Below, one piece after another: positions 1 to 12,253 of a stretch of 64,000 bases of DNA. Positions within the stretch are counted from its first letter, which is position 1. Every line of letters starts with the position of its first letter. The notes beneath the pieces were generated by a model that saw nothing but the letters and a program-made list of their open reading frames with translations, was not told the DNA's origin and searched no databases. Made by a program: the position numbers and the translations under genes. Source of the stretch: Antedon mediterranea (taxonomy: Eukaryota > Animalia > Echinodermata); assembly GCF_964355755.1 (NCBI RefSeq), contig NC_092673.1, forward strand, positions 18,969,648 to 19,033,647. Reading direction: 5' to 3'.

Positions 1-4
1 TTAG

Positions 5-67
5 GCAGTAGTGATGAGGACCAAAATGAAGGCACATCATCCAGTCACCAATCTCAGCCAAGAGAAG
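5..67 (+). CDS. Internal coding exon (phase 1/1 linker, GSSDEDQNEGTSSSHQSQPRE) of a DED-containing gene that begins upstream of the window
   Basis: ttAG acceptor at 3-4, GTAAGT donor at 68; 63 nt, open in phase 1; homologous to the exon at 1084-1141. Confidence 0.65.
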
Positions 68-214
68 GTAAGTTACTAGTAGATAAAGATTATGATATGA
101 AAAAGTCTCTCAACCTATGAAAACACATGGTGTATTGCTAACTTGACGGCCTAACAAGGGTGTCCACTTACAGGATGTTCAACGGTACAATTAATATTTT
201 TTTTTTATTTGCAG

Positions 215-259
215 ATGAATTTGGCCCATCGGAAAGAAAAAAAAGAAAAAAAGATCAAG
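215..259 (+). CDS. Internal coding exon (phase 1/1, basic: DEFGPSERKKRKKDQ, NLS-like)
   Basis: Polypyrimidine tract plus tgcAG at 213-214, GTAATT donor at 260; 45 nt, in frame with the flanking exons. Confidence 0.65.
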
Positions 260-405
260 GTAATTGATTGAAATATATATCGAATAATAAGTAGAGTGAA
301 TATAGAAAATAAAAACAATTTAAATATTTCAAACTAGTTTTGATCAAAATTGGGGGAAAGAATAATGATCATCGTCAAACTAATTTTCTGTCATTTTATT
401 TGCAG

Positions 406-939
406 GAAACACAATGGCAGATTCTGAATCTTTGAACAGATTTCGAGACCTTAAATCTGATCTTAATAGATCCTTTGATGATGAAAGATACTATATGATA
501 AGATTCCTCTTATTTGATGACTTAAGGTTATGTTATGTTACAAATCCAGATTTTATTGGACATGACTTACTCAATGCACTTGACGACAAAGGTGTAATCT
601 CACCAACTAATGTTAGCATTCTTTTGGAGATTACAAAGCTATCGGAAATCAAGAAAGCTGAAGATATTGTAATACAATATATGAAAGACAACAAAGTTCA
701 GGACAGGTCTGATACAAAATTGTCATCTTACAGAAAGCGACTGTTTACAGCTATGTTAGATATTCACTCAGATGCATTCAAAAGAATTATTTCAAACTAT
801 GGATTGAGAAAACATAACTTCTCCAATGTTTGGGATGCAGTTCTCCATCTGGAGATTGAGGCAGAATTAGCAGATGATCCAGACAAAATAAAAAGTTTTG
901 CTCGTCATCTAGGCCAAAAAGCAAGAGACATACTACTTG
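406..939 (+). CDS. Exon encoding a death-effector-domain (DED)-like module followed by a second, more divergent death-fold-like helical module
   Basis: tttgcAG at 404-405, GTAATG at 940; 534 nt, phase 1/1; ORF 414-980 contains the DED-type pattern F..L...L...IRFLL...DLLNALDDKGVISPTNVSILLEI (recognised by eye). Confidence 0.7.
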
Positions 940-1083
940 GTAATGATATGTTAATAACTTCTTATTTAAGAGTTTATTGACTCGTTCATTCTTTAACCTG
1001 TTTACATTATAATTTAACCAAAATTAAATTTGGTTTAATTTTAATCATTAAAATTAGTAATGTCATTAACTGGTTATTTATAG

Positions 1084-1141
1084 GCAATAGTGAGAAGAAA
1101 TAAGACAGCATCATCAAGTCACCAATGTGAACCAAGTGAAG
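1084..1141 (+). CDS. Degenerate copy of the linker exon; gives GNSEKK-stop and is the probable last coding exon
   Basis: tatAG acceptor, GTAAAT donor at 1142; catcatcaagtcaccaatgtgaaccaagtgaag resembles catcatccagtcaccaatctcagccaagagaag of exon 5-67; in-frame TAA. Confidence 0.5.
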
Positions 1142-1311
1142 GTAAATTATTCATAAATATTATGCAAGATTGGGAGATAAACATAAAAATTACATGATTT
1201 TAGTATGATTATTGACAAGATGATAATGACCAAGTAGTAATGAGGATTACTATGAAATTTATGATTTAAAACACAATGAATATATTATGTTGATTATTAG
1301 TATAGGAAGAA

Positions 1312-1330
1312 CATAATAATAATAATAATA

Positions 1331-1362
<32 letters not shown>

Positions 1363-1390
1363 TAATAATAATAATAATAATAATATAATA
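1312..1390. repeat. (AAT)n microsatellite with interruptions
   Basis: Direct reading. Confidence 0.95.
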
Positions 1391-1849
1391 AGAATGAGTA
1401 GTTTTGTTTTATACTATAGTTGTTTCTAAAAACTGATTATAGATATAGAAAATCATTGAATTATAATTATTATATTATATCATTATTCAAACAATGATTA
1501 TGATTATTAAACAATAATTATAAAAATGCTGAATTTATTACTTAAAATTGGAAATGATTTTGTGTTTTTTCATGAATTTTTATTCATAAATCTTATCTAC
1601 TTAATTTATTTCCTGAAATTGGAAATGATTTTGTGGTGTTTCATGAATTATACTGCAATCATATTCAAATAATGATTATGATTTCAACAATGATTATGAT
1701 GCTAATCTACAGAATTTATTACATTGGAAAATATTGCTGTGTTTTATGAATTTATATTTATTATTCATAATCTTAAAACAACAATTACAATTTCCACAGT
1801 AATCATAAAGTGTTATAATAAATTTATTGATACTGTTTTTCATTTGTAT

Positions 1850-4800
1850 AGATCTTTGAAAAGGTATATCCATGCAAACACGGGCAATACGACTGTGTTC
1901 AGGATCTGTGAAATCAAATCAACGAGGTATCTGCTGTGATGGATGTGACTCATGGTACCACATTAAATGTGCGAATATCTCTATTAAAGAATACAATCGC
2001 CTTGCCAAATCGGATTCGGACTGGCATTGCTACTCATGTATGGTACCTATCTTCAGTGATTCATTATTTGAAGATGATACTATTATATATCTGATGTTTT
2101 GTACACGGAGTTGTTAAATGCCAATTTGGAAAACGAGGATAGGCTGCTCAACGAGTTGGAATGTAAACTTCTTTGTGGTAAGGGTTTGATATTTATTCAC
2201 CTTAACGTTAGAAGTTTACGTAACAAAATCGATCAAATTCGAGATATTGCAAAAAATACGAACGCATCAGTCATTGCAATAAGTGAGTCGTGGCTCGATG
2301 ATTCAATCAATGATGCTGAAATAAAAATTGAAAATTTCTCCATAGAAAGGAAAGACAGAAATGGAAAAGGGGGTGGAGTGTGTTTATATATACGCAATAC
2401 TATTTCATACTCAGTCAGAAATGATTTGGACAGAGAGGATATCGAATGCAAATGGATTGAAATAATTTTGCCAAAGTCGAAGCCAATTTTAACCGGTGTT
2501 TGCTATCGCCCACCAAAACAAGGTACATTTTTTAACTGTTTAGAAAACCTGCTTATGACTGTTGGAAACTTCATTGCTCAAGAAATTATTATTCTTGGAG
2601 ACTTTAATGTAAATATTTTAAATTGTAATCGTAACAACTATGAGTCAGTGACTAACTTCTGTAATATTTTTGGTCTTGAACAACTTATCACTGAACCAAC
2701 TAGGATCAGTGATAACAATAGCTCAGCAATAGATTTGATCTTTGCCAGTGATCCTTTAAAAATTAAGGCCAATGGAGTAATTCCTATTGGACTAAGTGAT
2801 CACTTTTTAACGTTTTGTAGACGAAAACGGACTAATATCATTTCTGGCATACACAGAACAATTGATGTTAGATCAATGAAAAATTACAGTTCTGATTCAC
2901 TGACTCATATGCTTAATAGTATTGACTGGTCAGATTGTATTAGTTTAACTTGTGTTCAATCTTCATGGGATACATTTAAAGATAAGTTTCTGCGTATAAT
3001 TGATTCAATTGCTCCTAAAAAAAAAGTGAGGGTTAAAGTAAAAGATCAACCATGGTTTGACTCCGAATTAAGAGATCTTAGAGACAAAATGTTAATTAGA
3101 TATCGTAGTACAAAGGATGTGATGCATCTCAAAGGTTTTTGAAAACTCCGAAATAGTGTAAATTATAAGAAAATAAATACAAACCAAAACAATTATGGAA
3201 AGTCCTTAAAGGTCTTGGAACCTCTAAATCAAATAATAATGACAAGAAACAGGTTAGTCTTGAGATCAACAATGAATATGTTCATGATAAGAAAGAAGTT
3301 GCTGAAGAGTTTAATTCGTACTTCACCAACGTTGCTGGAGAGCTAGTAAACAAACTTGACCCTCCTAGTAATACTTATAACTTGGAACATGTCAATGTCT
3401 TTTACAGTAGCAAAGGTGTCTTTCCTAATGATTTTTCTTTCATAGAATTATCTGAAGATAATGTTCTTAAAGCTTTGACACAATTATCGACGAGTAAAGC
3501 TACCGGAATAGATACTTTACCAGCCAAATTCTTCAAAGATGGGGCTTCTGCAATAGCAAAACCATTAACTCATATTATTAAGTTGTCCTTCACATCCGGT
3601 ATTGTACCCAAAGAATGGAAATTAGCGAGAGTCATCCCAATTCACAAAAAGGGTAGTAAAACGGTGGTAGGTAACTATCGTCCGGTGTCTTTACTCTCGG
3701 CTTTTTCTAAAGTTGTTGAAAGACTAGTACATGACCAATTGATGGAATACCTTAATTCTAAATCACTTATCTATGATTTCCAATGTGGGTTCCGAGCAAA
3801 TTTTTCGACAGATCTTTGTTTAATTCACCTAACTGACCATATTAAAAAGAATTGGGATAAAGGTAATTTAACAGGTATGATAGTCTTAGACCTACAAAAG
3901 GCTTTCGATACTGTATACCATCAGATTTTACTAGGCAAAATGAGAGCATTAGGATTGTCCCAAACAGTAATAGTTTGGTTTAAATCATATTTAACAGATA
4001 GATGGCAGGTAGTTGATAATTGTGGTACTCTTTCAACGTGGAAAAAAATAACATGTGGGGTCCCTCAGGGGTCAATATTGGGCCCACTGTTGTTCTTAAT
4101 GTATGTGAATGATATGGAATCTGCATTGAGTAGTAAACTGCTCCTTTATGCCGATGTATTGTCAAAAGAATTAAAATCTATTAATTCTTGGTTATTAGAT
4201 AATAGATTGTCATTGCATCTAGGCAAAACGTATTCAATTCTATTTGGATCTAAACGTAAACTCAGAAATCAACCAGAATTGAAAGTTACATGCAATGATT
4301 ATATAATCACAAACAAACCTACAGTAAGTTATCTAGGACTTGAACTCGATAACAATCTAACTGGAGATTATATAGGTAAATCAGTTATAAAGAAAGTAAA
4401 CTCAAGGGTAAAATTTTTATATAGAAATAGAAAGTACTTAACTTTCAGAGATCTTAAGTTACTAGCAAATAGTTTGGTGTTATGCCTTTATGATTATGCT
4501 TGTAGCGTGTGGTACTCTGGATTAAAAAAAACATTAAAAGTTAAATTGCACAAAATAAGACAGTCAGATGTATTCTTGGTCTTGAACCAAGGGATCACAT
4601 TGGGGCTAATGAATTAAACAAACTGAATTGGCTCCCAGTAGACTTAAGAGTTAAACAGATAAAACTTTGTCACATGTATCGTATTATTAATTAAGCCCTA
4701 CGTTTATGAATGATGGTATTAGTAGAGCAAATGTAATTCACCAGTACAATACTAGATTTGCAACTCAATCAATTTATAGACCATATATAGGTAACCACTC

Positions 4801-5088
4801 CCAAACAACCTTTGTTAACACGGCAATAACGTCATGGAATCACCTGCTAAAATTGATAGTGTTCAGAAACCATCAATCAATTCAAAAGAAATATCAGGAA
4901 ACATCTCAAAGAGGTTATGCTTGAAAGATTATAATTTATATTTATATTGTTACTACATGTGTTATTGTTTATTGTAAATGTTTATTCTTATGGTGTTTTT
5001 ATCCTTAAGGTCATTCATTCATTCTTTGTATTTTTAATGTTGTGTTATTTTATGAATTCGAATAAAGAAATAAAAAATAAATAAAAAA
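1850..5088 (+). mobile_element. CR1/L2-group LINE, decayed ORF2: PHD finger, APE endonuclease, reverse transcriptase, A-rich tail
   Basis: PHD CDGCDSWYHIKC...WHCYSC (1872-2117); APE motifs HLNVRSL, ISESWL, YRPP, GDFN, SDH (2099-3142); RT motifs NYRPVS, DLQKAFD, GVPQGSILGP, YAD (3382-4617); frameshifts and stops; aataaagaaataaaaaataa tail ~5061-5088; 5' boundary approximate. Confidence 0.9.
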
Positions 5089-6000
5089 TCTCTCAGAGGA
5101 TGATGATGAAGACTTAAGTCACAGACTTAGCCCAATGATGCAATAAACATGGACATTCTATTCATACAAATGTTAGACGGCGTTAAACTGTTAAAAACTG
5201 GTACAGTACAATCTACCTGTGAACTCTTTTATCTGCCAATTGAGTAGTGATTTGGTTGCGATGTAATGTTAGCGTGTCATACCTCAATGTACAATAGTGT
5301 AGATTCCCTGGTATTCCAGAATTAAAACACACTAGTTTTTTTTTTTTTTTCTCTTTTGTGGCGCAAACACCACTTTTATTCACATTCATATTATCTCATA
5401 TTACATAAAATCGTATTATTTAACTTGTAAATGTCGTTACAGTTCATAAGTAACATTTTTACATATATGAATTCTGTATTACTCCTTTTTTCATTAATTT
5501 TCTTATATTTTGTTATACACTTGACAGGATCATCATTATCATCTATCCCGTTTTAAAATAGTTCACACATTTTCATTTGTTTGTTTTCATTTTACAACCC
5601 GGATTATACAATATATTTTATATACATGATAAAAAAAAACAATAATAGCTCAGTACCACCAGTAACCCGTATCACTGTAATTCCTTTTCGGTTAATCGTA
5701 TCAAGTTAGAATTTATATTATCATAATCTTATTTCTTAAAGCTACCCATTTTTCTATACTTGTTTCTTTATTGTTATATGTTTCACATTCAATGTTATAT
5801 AACATATTGCTTTTAAATGAATTCCATAAAGATTAGTTATTGTCTGGTGTTCTCTTTCCAAAAAAAATTGGTGTCCCCCTATAATAGGATTAAATCAACC
5901 ATTTGGCACTCTCAAACGTGTCCCTGTCACTTTAATAGAGGTGTCCTCTGAGTAGGGGTGGGCTGTAGTGTTAAACATGTTTCCCCTTGTTTTATGAGAA

Positions 6001-6425
6001 AGTGTCCCCTGAATAGGGGTGAACTAAACAAGGGGTTTACTCCAGTAGTAAAGAGGAGGGGTGTGTCCCCTGAATAAAGGTGTCCTAAAGAAGGGGTTTA
6101 CTCCAGTAGTAAAGAGGAGGGGTGTGTCCCCTTAATAGGGGTGTACTAAAGAAGGGGTTTACTCCAGTAGTAAAGAGGAGGGGTGTGTCCCCTTAATAAA
6201 GGTGTCCTAAAGAAGGTGTTTACTCCAGTAGTAACGAGGAGGGGTGTGTCCCCTTAATAGGGGTGTACTAAACAAGGGGTTTACTCCAGTAGTAAAGAGG
6301 AGGGGTGTGTCCCCTGAATAAAGGTGTCCTAAAGAAGGGGTTTACTCCAGTAGTAAAGAGGAGGGGTGTGTCCCCTGAATAAAGGTGTCCTAAAGAAGGG
6401 GTTTACTCCAGTAGTAAAGAGGAGG
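6001..6425. repeat. Minisatellite, ~60-bp unit, about 7 copies (gtgtcccctgaataaaggtgtcctaaagaaggggtttactccagtagtaaagaggagggg), probably amplified from a MITE end
   Basis: Direct tandem repeats; gtgtccc motifs continue in degenerate form upstream to ~5870. Confidence 0.9.
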
Positions 6426-7535
6426 CGTTCTATTGTTGAAAGATTTATTATAAGATTTCAGTGTACTAAACGGTACATGAATGTTAGTAACAAAAAAAAA
6501 GACGACAAAACAAAATAACGATACTGGAATATTTACAAAAAATAGCGGTAATAACGGTATATTTTAGAGATATTTTATAAGACCATTTTAACTGTTTTTA
6601 TATTTTATGTAGATAGAGATGCTTGCTGCCATCCTTTTCTTTTCACTTCATTTGTCCTTTGCTTTATTTATATTTTTGTATATGCAGTGATGAATTCAAA
6701 TAAATAATAAAATAATCATTGTGGGATTTCTTTAAATCAGACCATATTTAAATTGATTTCATATACTAATTGCTTATTTTGTTAAATTTCATGAACGAGT
6801 TATTTTTTAAACTAAGGTGATGCAAAATATTACTATAAAATAATAATGTAAACAAGATGATTTATTTGTATATAAAAAGACAATTTACAATAAAATCCTT
6901 TCAATTTTTAATCAGTATTTGTCATTGTGTGCATATGTTGTGATGTTGTGGGGTTTTCCGGGAAAAAAAAATGAGCATGAAACAAATTCCCAAATGATGC
7001 TAAGATAACTCTCGATTATGATAGTATTAATTCAAATTCTATAATATCTGGCTGTGTATTCGGTTTACAAAGCAACCAATACTATCATAATTAGATGCAA
7101 CTGATTTTCAGCAAGGCAGATTTCTTCTGTCAACGTGTATTCAGCGCATGAGTAGTTAATTAAAGAATTCAATCAATCAATCAATCGTTCGATTTATACA
7201 ATTGTTATACAAAAAAATGTATTTTTGATATAATTATGGAGTAAAGAAAACTCCATGATATAATTACATTATATAGGCCTAGTCACTGTAGTACAGTATT
7301 TATTTTTTAGCATACCCGGAGTAGCCTAGCCCCTCTAGCCTACTTTTGTTAACATGGAAAAATGTCGTTAACAAAATGTTTAGCCGTTAAAATTGATGAT
7401 AATAGGCCCTATGCGTTCCATGTCTGTTCGGCATGACTTGCTTCATACGGGGTCATTATTAGTTTACTAATCTATTGTCGGGCTAGTATAGAGGCTTAGC
7501 CTACTCTAGGCTAGTTGGCTAAGCCTTGCCCGGCG

Positions 7536-8618
7536 GCGATTTTTTTTTTCGTACATAAGTTGGGGACCCCCTCATGAAACGTCACAAAATACACATGAAT
7601 AATTCATCGGTTAAGTTAAATTTGTTGTTCCGTGTGCACCCAAGCGTATAGCAACAACAAGAAGTGATCATTAGGCGCAGGAGCCCCGGATGCGATTTTT
7701 TTTTTCGTACATAAGTTGGGGACCCCCTCATGAAACGTCACAAAATAAACATGAATAATTCATCAGTTAAATTTTCTTGTTCCGTGTGCACCCAAGCGTA
7801 TAGCAACAAGAAGTGATTACAGTTTACACAAGTGCGGTACGATACTATCTCCGCTGTGGTTGCCGCGTGCGATTTCATAATAGAATAGCGGCGTTTTGTG
7901 TGGATTGTCGAAATAATCAGCCTTTAGTTTATGGTGTTTTTAATATAATTTATTACTAAAGAATTACGTGTTAAAATTATAGTTTCTATTGATACTATTA
8001 GGCCTAATTACTAGTCTCTAAACCCATGTCTATTCTAGTAGTAGCTGTGTTGGTGTGTGTGACGTGTGTGTTACTTAGTTGGTATGACACAGTCCGAGTA
8101 ATAGGCCTAAGTCAGCAAAATTAAACAATAAACATTACACAAAAATACATTTTTTATTCTCGTGGGTCTAATCTTCCCATCTCATGTGTTCATATACGCG
8201 CATTTTTAAAGTTTCTTTGAGTACATGCATATTGTTTGATAATAAAATAGCAGAATTAAAAAATTACAGTACACAAATTATACACATTCTTTATTCTTGT
8301 GGGTCTAAGCTTTCTTTGGGCTATGTCCAATTACTACTTAGTTTAATGTCTTGTCTAGCTGTCGATTAGCCTAGACACATTTTGCCTAGTGGACGTGTGT
8401 GTGAAAAAGAGTGCGCGAAGGCAATCACGTGAATTGACCTAGAATCCTAGGCCTATTGTAGAAAGAATCGTATCGCAGTTGTGTAATCACTTCTTGTTGT
8501 TGCTATACGCTTGGGTGCACACGGAACAACAAATTTAACTTAACCGATGAATTATTCATGTGTATTTTGTGACGTTTCATGAGGGGGTCCCCAACTTATG
8601 TACGAAAAAAAAAATCGC
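7536..8618. mobile_element. MULE/Mutator-like MITE with ~135-bp TIRs, a duplicated left TIR and a 9-bp TSD
   Basis: TIR gcgattttttttttcgtacataagttggggacccc... at 7536 and again at 7692; reverse complement ends at 8618; TSD tgcccggcg at 7527-7535 and 8619-8627. Confidence 0.85.
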
Positions 8619-10122
8619 TGCCCGGCGCTACCCAGGGCCTACACTCTAGACCTATAGACTGGCTTGGAGACTACTGATCACATTCTTACATTCGTAACTG
8701 CAAACATGCCACCAAAAACTCATTTGTGGATTATACATAACTAGCATTAGTAACCGTCTTCGACGGATGTGAGCCCCGCTGATTTCAACCACGCCGAGAA
8801 AACTTGTCTAACGTAGGTTATGTAAAATAATATGTAAGAATTGCAATTGAAGTCTCATTTTTTTGTTTTAAATCCATTTGTACACAAAGGATTAAAAGAA
8901 AGTTATGGTAGGCTAAAGCTGAATGCTTATTATAAATATGCAATGTATGCGCTCAGTAAAATTCATTGTAATAAAATTAATATAGATCGTCAGAATGCTC
9001 GGGAACGCCTATTTTTCATTTCATTTTCTTGAAGTGTATATGTATGATTTATTATGATATTAAGAGAACAAAAGTTGATTAAGTCATCATTAATTGCATA
9101 TTAAATTTTTTTAAATTTATATACCGGTAACGTATAATTCGTCATAGTGACGAATTAAATCTAGTTAAATATTATTTTAATTATTTTACCATGCAGTACA
9201 GAAATATGTTTCCTTACATGTAGTAGCCGTTTATTACTGAAATACAATGCAAATACACAGATGAGACTAAATTTGATGCTTTTATCATTACTGTATTCAT
9301 GTACATGTAATTAGGAAGCTTATGGAAGAACTATACAAATTACTCCATGGGCTTATATATTAACACTCACTTAACTGGATAGGACTTTCATTACAAAGGT
9401 TTTTATTGGATTGGATAGACAAAAAACAAAAAAAAACATAGCTACAGTATATGGGAAAAAATGTTAAGGCGTGTAACGTTTTATAAACTTGAAATAAGCA
9501 GACTCAGGTGGTCCAACGTTGACAATCCCGAATACCATGATACAATAGGACTTGTACAGTATCCCTCATGTAAACTGATGTAAGCACTGCAAAGTAAAAT
9601 TAAAATGCATTACATACTTTTTGATTACAAATTCGGAAATCCAGAGTAAACAAAGTAAACATTATGATTGGCATCAAAAGGTATAGCCGTAATTATAATT
9701 CTGTACCATGATAAGCTGGCAATTATTCGGCGGATTGGTAGAATAATGAAGAATACTACGTTCAAAATGGAAGTGAACTGAAGTAATCCACGACCACATG
9801 GTTTTTCTTTTACTTAAAAATTGTGCCTATACCCTATTTACTCACCTCTCTCAAGGGTAATGCTGCCGTTTTTTTCTCGGTTGCTGCTTGTATATTCTTA
9901 ATGACGCCCTGGAAATTACACACTTCATAGCCTTTTGATCCAGAGGTCGTTTTTAAAAATATTAAAAGTCATAATTTAATAAATATTTGGTTTACGAACT
10001 TTTTAAATAGACCATGACCATCTCCGTTGCAAGATTGATGTTGAGTTCAAAATTCAGACCAATCAGAGTTTGTACCGCGGCGTGCATAGCGGACCAACTT
10101 TTGTGTTTGTCTTTTATATATA

Positions 10123-10560
10123 TATCGTTTCAAATTAATTAATTAAATTTCAGTATATCACCGGGCGGTTTAGAATTAATGTTCTTTGCCTCTTGTGTTT
10201 ATATATATAAAAGTATCTCTTCGGAGATCCCGCCTCGTGAATAAATATACTGAAAGATGAGGGCGTATCAATATGATCTCTGTTGCGCGTGCGTACAACT
10301 GAGGACTAGTGCTGAATGTTAAAGAGTCGTTATCCAATCGAGTTCGAACAATACCATGAAAGCCCCAGTGGTCTAATGGTTAGGACATCTGCATATCAAG
10401 CAGGCGGTCCGAGTTCGAGTCTCGGTTGGGGCGACTTTTTCTCATTCTCACAGATTTCCTCATCTTTATCGTTTCAAATTAATTAATTAAATTTCAGTAT
10501 ATCACCGGGCGGTTTAGAATTAATGTTCTTTGCCTCTTGTGTTTATATATATATATATAT
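10123..10560. repeat. ~85-bp direct repeats ending in (TA)n that bracket a tRNA-like gene; a third partial copy lies at ~12250-12330
   Basis: tatcgtttcaaattaattaattaaatttcagtatatcaccgggcggtttagaattaatgttctttgcctcttgtgtttata at 10123 and 10467. Confidence 0.85.
10362..10433 (+). tRNA. tRNA-like gene with anticodon ATC (Asp-type); may be a TE-borne tRNA-derived sequence rather than a working tRNA
   Basis: Manual cloverleaf: acceptor GCCCCAG/TTGGGGC, D arm GTCT/GGAC with A-box, anticodon stem TCTGC/GCAGG with loop ATATCAA, T arm CCGAG-TTCGAGT-CTCGG, discriminator G, T5 run at 10436-10440. Confidence 0.7.
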
Positions 10561-10561
10561 A

Positions 10562-12210
10562 AATCGAAAGAATGACAATGCTGTGGGTATCAGTGGCTGG
10601 ATCTCAATGGAGATACAAAAATAAAAAGCGAAAAGCTAAATCAAAACGATAAAGTAAACAGCCAGAAAAGTTAGCAGAGCTTTCGGGCAACACTAGCCCT
10701 TCATCAGTGCAAGTGAAGGAATTTGGATAACGTCTTAGTATAAAGCTGGCAAGTGCTGCCTGGGTGGACAGGAATAAAAGAAATATGACAAAGGGAGCCA
10801 GGGTGGAGTCTGAATAAGAGTGGAAAACAAAGAAGGTAGCTTGGTAGAGATATAAACAATTTTGGAATGAGACTAAAAAACAGCTTAAATGGTGATTAAT
10901 ATTGAAACTTAAATTTTGGTAGATCTGGGAGTATGTTCCTAATGTTAAGTCCAAAAGGTTTTGTGGTTTTAAGTAGTAATTCCCAGTGGTTTTCTTTGTC
11001 TTTGCGAGTTTTGTCGCTCCATTTGACATCGTGGTCTATTGCAATAACTCTGAAATTTGCAATCGAGTGACCAGCTGAATTAAAATGTTCAGCTACAGGT
11101 TGATCAAGCTTTAATGTTTTGATAGCTGATCTATGTTGTGTCATTCTCATACGGAGAGTGTTTTTTTTTTCTCCGACGTACTGTTTGCCACAAATATTAC
11201 AGTATATGAGATAAATGACGTTTTTGGTTAGACAATTAATTGATTGTCTTATCCGAAAAATGCGGCCAGTTTGGTTACTCTCAAATTTTTCAGTAGAATC
11301 AACCAATGAACAAGTTTTGCAAGATTTGCCGCAAAGGTGACTGCCCAAATTTTGGCTGTCATGAGAGTTAATTTCACTCTTAAATTTGGATCTGACTAAT
11401 ATATCACGAAGGTTGGGAGGTCTACGAAATGCAATAATGGGTGGTTCCGGAAAAACAGTCCTGAGACGTTCTGTGGACTATAGAATGGGCATATGTTTCT
11501 CAATAATAGCCCGTAATGGAGGCAACCTAGGGTGGTAGGTTGTGACCAATGGCACTCTGGTCGAATTTTTTGGCTGACGTGGTTTGTACGTCAGTGTTTG
11601 ACATCGAGGAATATCTTTTGCTTTCTTTATAGCAGTTTCGATGTATTCCTTCTTGTAATTTCTATTCTGGAGATGTCCGGTTAGTTCTTCGGTACGATTC
11701 TGAAAATCTAAATCTGAAGAACAGATACGTCTGATACGTAATGCTTGACTGTACGGTATGTTTTTAGTACAGTGTCGGGGGTGACAACTGCTAGGGAGCA
11801 GGTACATATTTTTATCCGTGGGTTTACGGAATAGGTCAGTTTTGAGTGTACCATTTCCTATGGTCACTATAGTGTCCAAAAAATCAACGCTACTAGTGGA
11901 TTTGGTAGCTGTAAATTTGATAGTTGGGTGGGCTGAATTAATATTGAGAAGAAAAGATTCCAAATTATCTTCACCATGAGTCCAGATCATGAAGATGTCG
12001 TCAATGTATCTAAACCAAACAAGTGGTTTATTTGGTTGGAGGGACAGAAAATTGGCCTCAAATTGTCCCATAAATAAATTTGCAAAAGATGGCGCCATTT
12101 TTGTGCCCATCGCTGTACCATGAATTTGAAGGTAATGGTCATTTCCAAAAATAAAATTGTTGTTGGTTAAAATCAACATGACCAGTTCTCGTAAATGAGC
12201 TTTAGTAGGC

Positions 12211-12213
<3 letters not shown>
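10562..12213 (-). mobile_element. 5'-truncated Penelope-like element (Neptune-like): RT C-terminal half, Cys linker, GIY-YIG endonuclease, 3' region; flanked by (TA)n
   Basis: RT motifs GTAMG, APSFANLFM, RYIDD, FLD (11478-12179); GIY-YIG VIYLIYC..CGKQYVG and CGKSCKTC (10896-11348); TA microsatellite on both sides. Confidence 0.9.
10674..10710 (-). ncRNA. Minimal type I hammerhead ribozyme of the Penelope-like element
   Basis: Minus strand GCA CUGAUGA AGGGC uaguguu GCCC GAAA GCUC UGC: intact core, stem II GGGC/GCCC, stem I GCA/UGC, palindromic AGCU in place of a full stem III. Confidence 0.8.

Positions 12214-12253
<40 letters not shown>

Noticed and set aside
10118-10165. Hammerhead-like ctgaaat...gaaacgat on the minus strand of the 85-bp repeat
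   Set aside because: Core is CUGAAAU rather than CUGANGA; at most a degenerate relic
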